Assembly (NCBI GenBank): GCA_030429495.1
Contig: JAUIFH010000012.1
Span: 1,896-65,895, forward strand
Direction of reading: 5' to 3'
From: Alphaproteobacteria bacterium
GTDB taxonomy: Bacteria > Pseudomonadota > Alphaproteobacteria > Rhodobacterales > Rhodobacteraceae
DNA: 64,000 bases
Part shown: piece by piece, positions 63,065-64,000 of the stretch
How positions within the stretch are numbered: position 1 is the stretch's first letter
Layout of the letters: every line of letters begins with the position of its first letter
The notes under the pieces: model-generated
Told to the model about the DNA's origin: nothing
The model's database searches: none
What the model saw: only the letters and a program-made list of their open reading frames with translations
Translations under genes and position numbers: made by a program

Positions 63065-63406
63065 TCAGAAGAGCGCGAGAACCGCCTCCGGCGGACGGCC
63101 GATCGCAGCCTTCCCCCCATGAATCACGACGGGCCGCTCGATCAGCGCGGGATGCGCCGCCATGGCGGCGACAAGCGCGTCGTCGTCCAGGTCCTTCCTC
63201 AGGCCAAGGTCCCGGAACAGCGCGTCACCGCTGCGCATCAGGTCCACCGCGGGAAGGTCCAGCGCGGCAAGGACGGTGCGGATCTCGGCCTCGGAGGGCG
63301 CGTCCTGAAGGTAAAGGCGAACCTCGGGCGCGACGCCGCTTTCGTGCAGCAACGCCAGCGTCTGCCGCGACTTGGAGCAGCGCGGGTTGTGCCAGATTTC
63401 GGTCAT
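63065..63406 (-). CDS. ArsC/Spx-family (glutaredoxin-type arsenate reductase-like) protein
   Basis: 113 aa. [17 protein letters not shown] with the conserved N-terminal Cys, and ERPVV. ATGA overlap with pyrD. Confidence 0.8.
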   Translation of the reverse strand: MTEIWHNPRCSKSRQTLALLHESGVAPEVRLYLQDAPSEAEIRTVLAALDLPAVDLMRSGDALFRDLGLRKDLDDDALVAAMAAHPALIERPVVIHGGKAAIGRPPEAVLALF

Positions 63407-64000
63407 AGCCAGTCCTTTCGCCCGCTGCCCACCGCATCCGCGACTGTGGCAATGCCCTCGCGTTCCAGCCGCGCGTCGAGACCGCGCGCGATCGCGTTCA
63501 CGAGCGAGAGGCCCTGATAAACCATCGCCGAGTAGAGCTGTACCGCCGATGCACCCGCGCGGATTTTCTGCCAGGCATGTTCCGCCGAACCGATGCCGCC
63601 GACCCCGACAAGTGGCAGGCGGCCGTCGGTCAGCTGCGACAGCCGGGCAAGGACGCGGGTGGAGCGTTCGAACAGCGGCGCGCCGGAAAGACCGCCGGCC
63701 TCGCCCCGGTGGCGGCTAGTCAGGCCGTCGCGCGCAAGCGTTGTATTGGTCGCGATCACCGCGTCGATGCCGGAGGCAAGCGCGACCTCCGCGACGTCGG
63801 CAAGTTCACCTTCGCTGAGGTCAGGCGCGATCTTGAGGAAGATCGGGATCCGTCGCGCAAGTCCGTTCCGCGTGGCCAGCACCCCGGCAAGCAATGCCGA
63901 CAGGGCCGCCTTGCCCTGAAGGTCGCGCAGCTTCTCGGTATTGGGCGAGGAAACGTTGACGGTGGCGAAATCCACATGGGGCCCGCAGATGCCGAGGACC
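63403..64000 (-). CDS. pyrD: Dihydroorotate dehydrogenase (quinone), C-terminal part; the gene continues beyond the window
   Basis: [20 protein letters not shown] and GVGGI motifs. The reading frame stays open to position 64000. Confidence 0.85.
   Translation of the reverse strand, partial: VLGICGPHVDFATVNVSSPNTEKLRDLQGKAALSALLAGVLATRNGLARRIPIFLKIAPDLSEGELADVAEVALASGIDAVIATNTTLARDGLTSRHRGEAGGLSGAPLFERSTRVLARLSQLTDGRLPLVGVGGIGSAEHAWQKIRAGASAVQLYSAMVYQGLSLVNAIARGLDARLEREGIATVADAVGSGRKDWL

Noticed and set aside
1-64000. Mobile elements, CRISPR arrays, tRNA/rRNA genes, prophage or defence islands
   Set aside because: I found no direct-repeat arrays, no transposase, integrase or recombinase motifs in any frame of the track, and no cloverleaf-capable sequence. 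Composition looks uniform, except for short AT-rich promoters and the mildly atypical 6796..7494 gene.

Overview
High-GC alphaproteobacterial chromosome segment, Rhodobacteraceae/roseobacter-like (taxon inferred from gene content only). I call 58 tightly packed CDSs, many with ATGA/GTGA start-stop overlaps. I found no rRNA, tRNA, CRISPR array, transposase, integrase or phage gene, and no recognisable defence system.

Layout:
- 0.1-7.8 kb: a signal-less type-I binding protein, a GntR regulator and two APC permease loci. One permease is preceded by three tiny membrane-protein genes, one of which is below the ORF-track cutoff.
- 7.8-28.2 kb: a consolidated methylated-amine / C1 island. It holds tdm (DUF1989+GcvT), a soxBDAG-order heterotetrameric oxidase (N-methylglutamate dehydrogenase-like), dmmDABC, mgsABC, gmaS and glyA, plus LysR, GlxA/AraC and XRE-cupin regulators.
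- 28.3-33.6 kb: a Tat multicopper oxidase, NAD kinase, and a sensor-less hybrid histidine kinase-HPt with a LuxO-like sigma54 activator.
- 33.7-43.9 kb: prpE, maeB, the cdd-deoA-deoB-add-upp nucleoside operon and a SPOR protein.
- 43.9-51.4 kb: a hypothetical protein, phoX, an acyl-CoA synthetase and a DMT-sulfotransferase-DMT module.
- 51.6-59.4 kb: a beta-oxidation operon under twin MerR regulators.
- 59.5-64.0 kb: a polytopic membrane protein, twin PaaI thioesterases, a MATE pump, an ArsC-family protein and a partial pyrD.

Most long ORFs antisense to these genes are high-GC shadow ORFs. The candidates I consider least explained by current knowledge are:
- the small-subunit + APC permease operon next to tdm;
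- the cytoplasmic binding-protein/GntR pair;
- the sensor-less LuxO-like phosphorelay;
- the DMT-sulfotransferase-DMT module.

All functional calls rest on motifs read by eye. No database search was possible.
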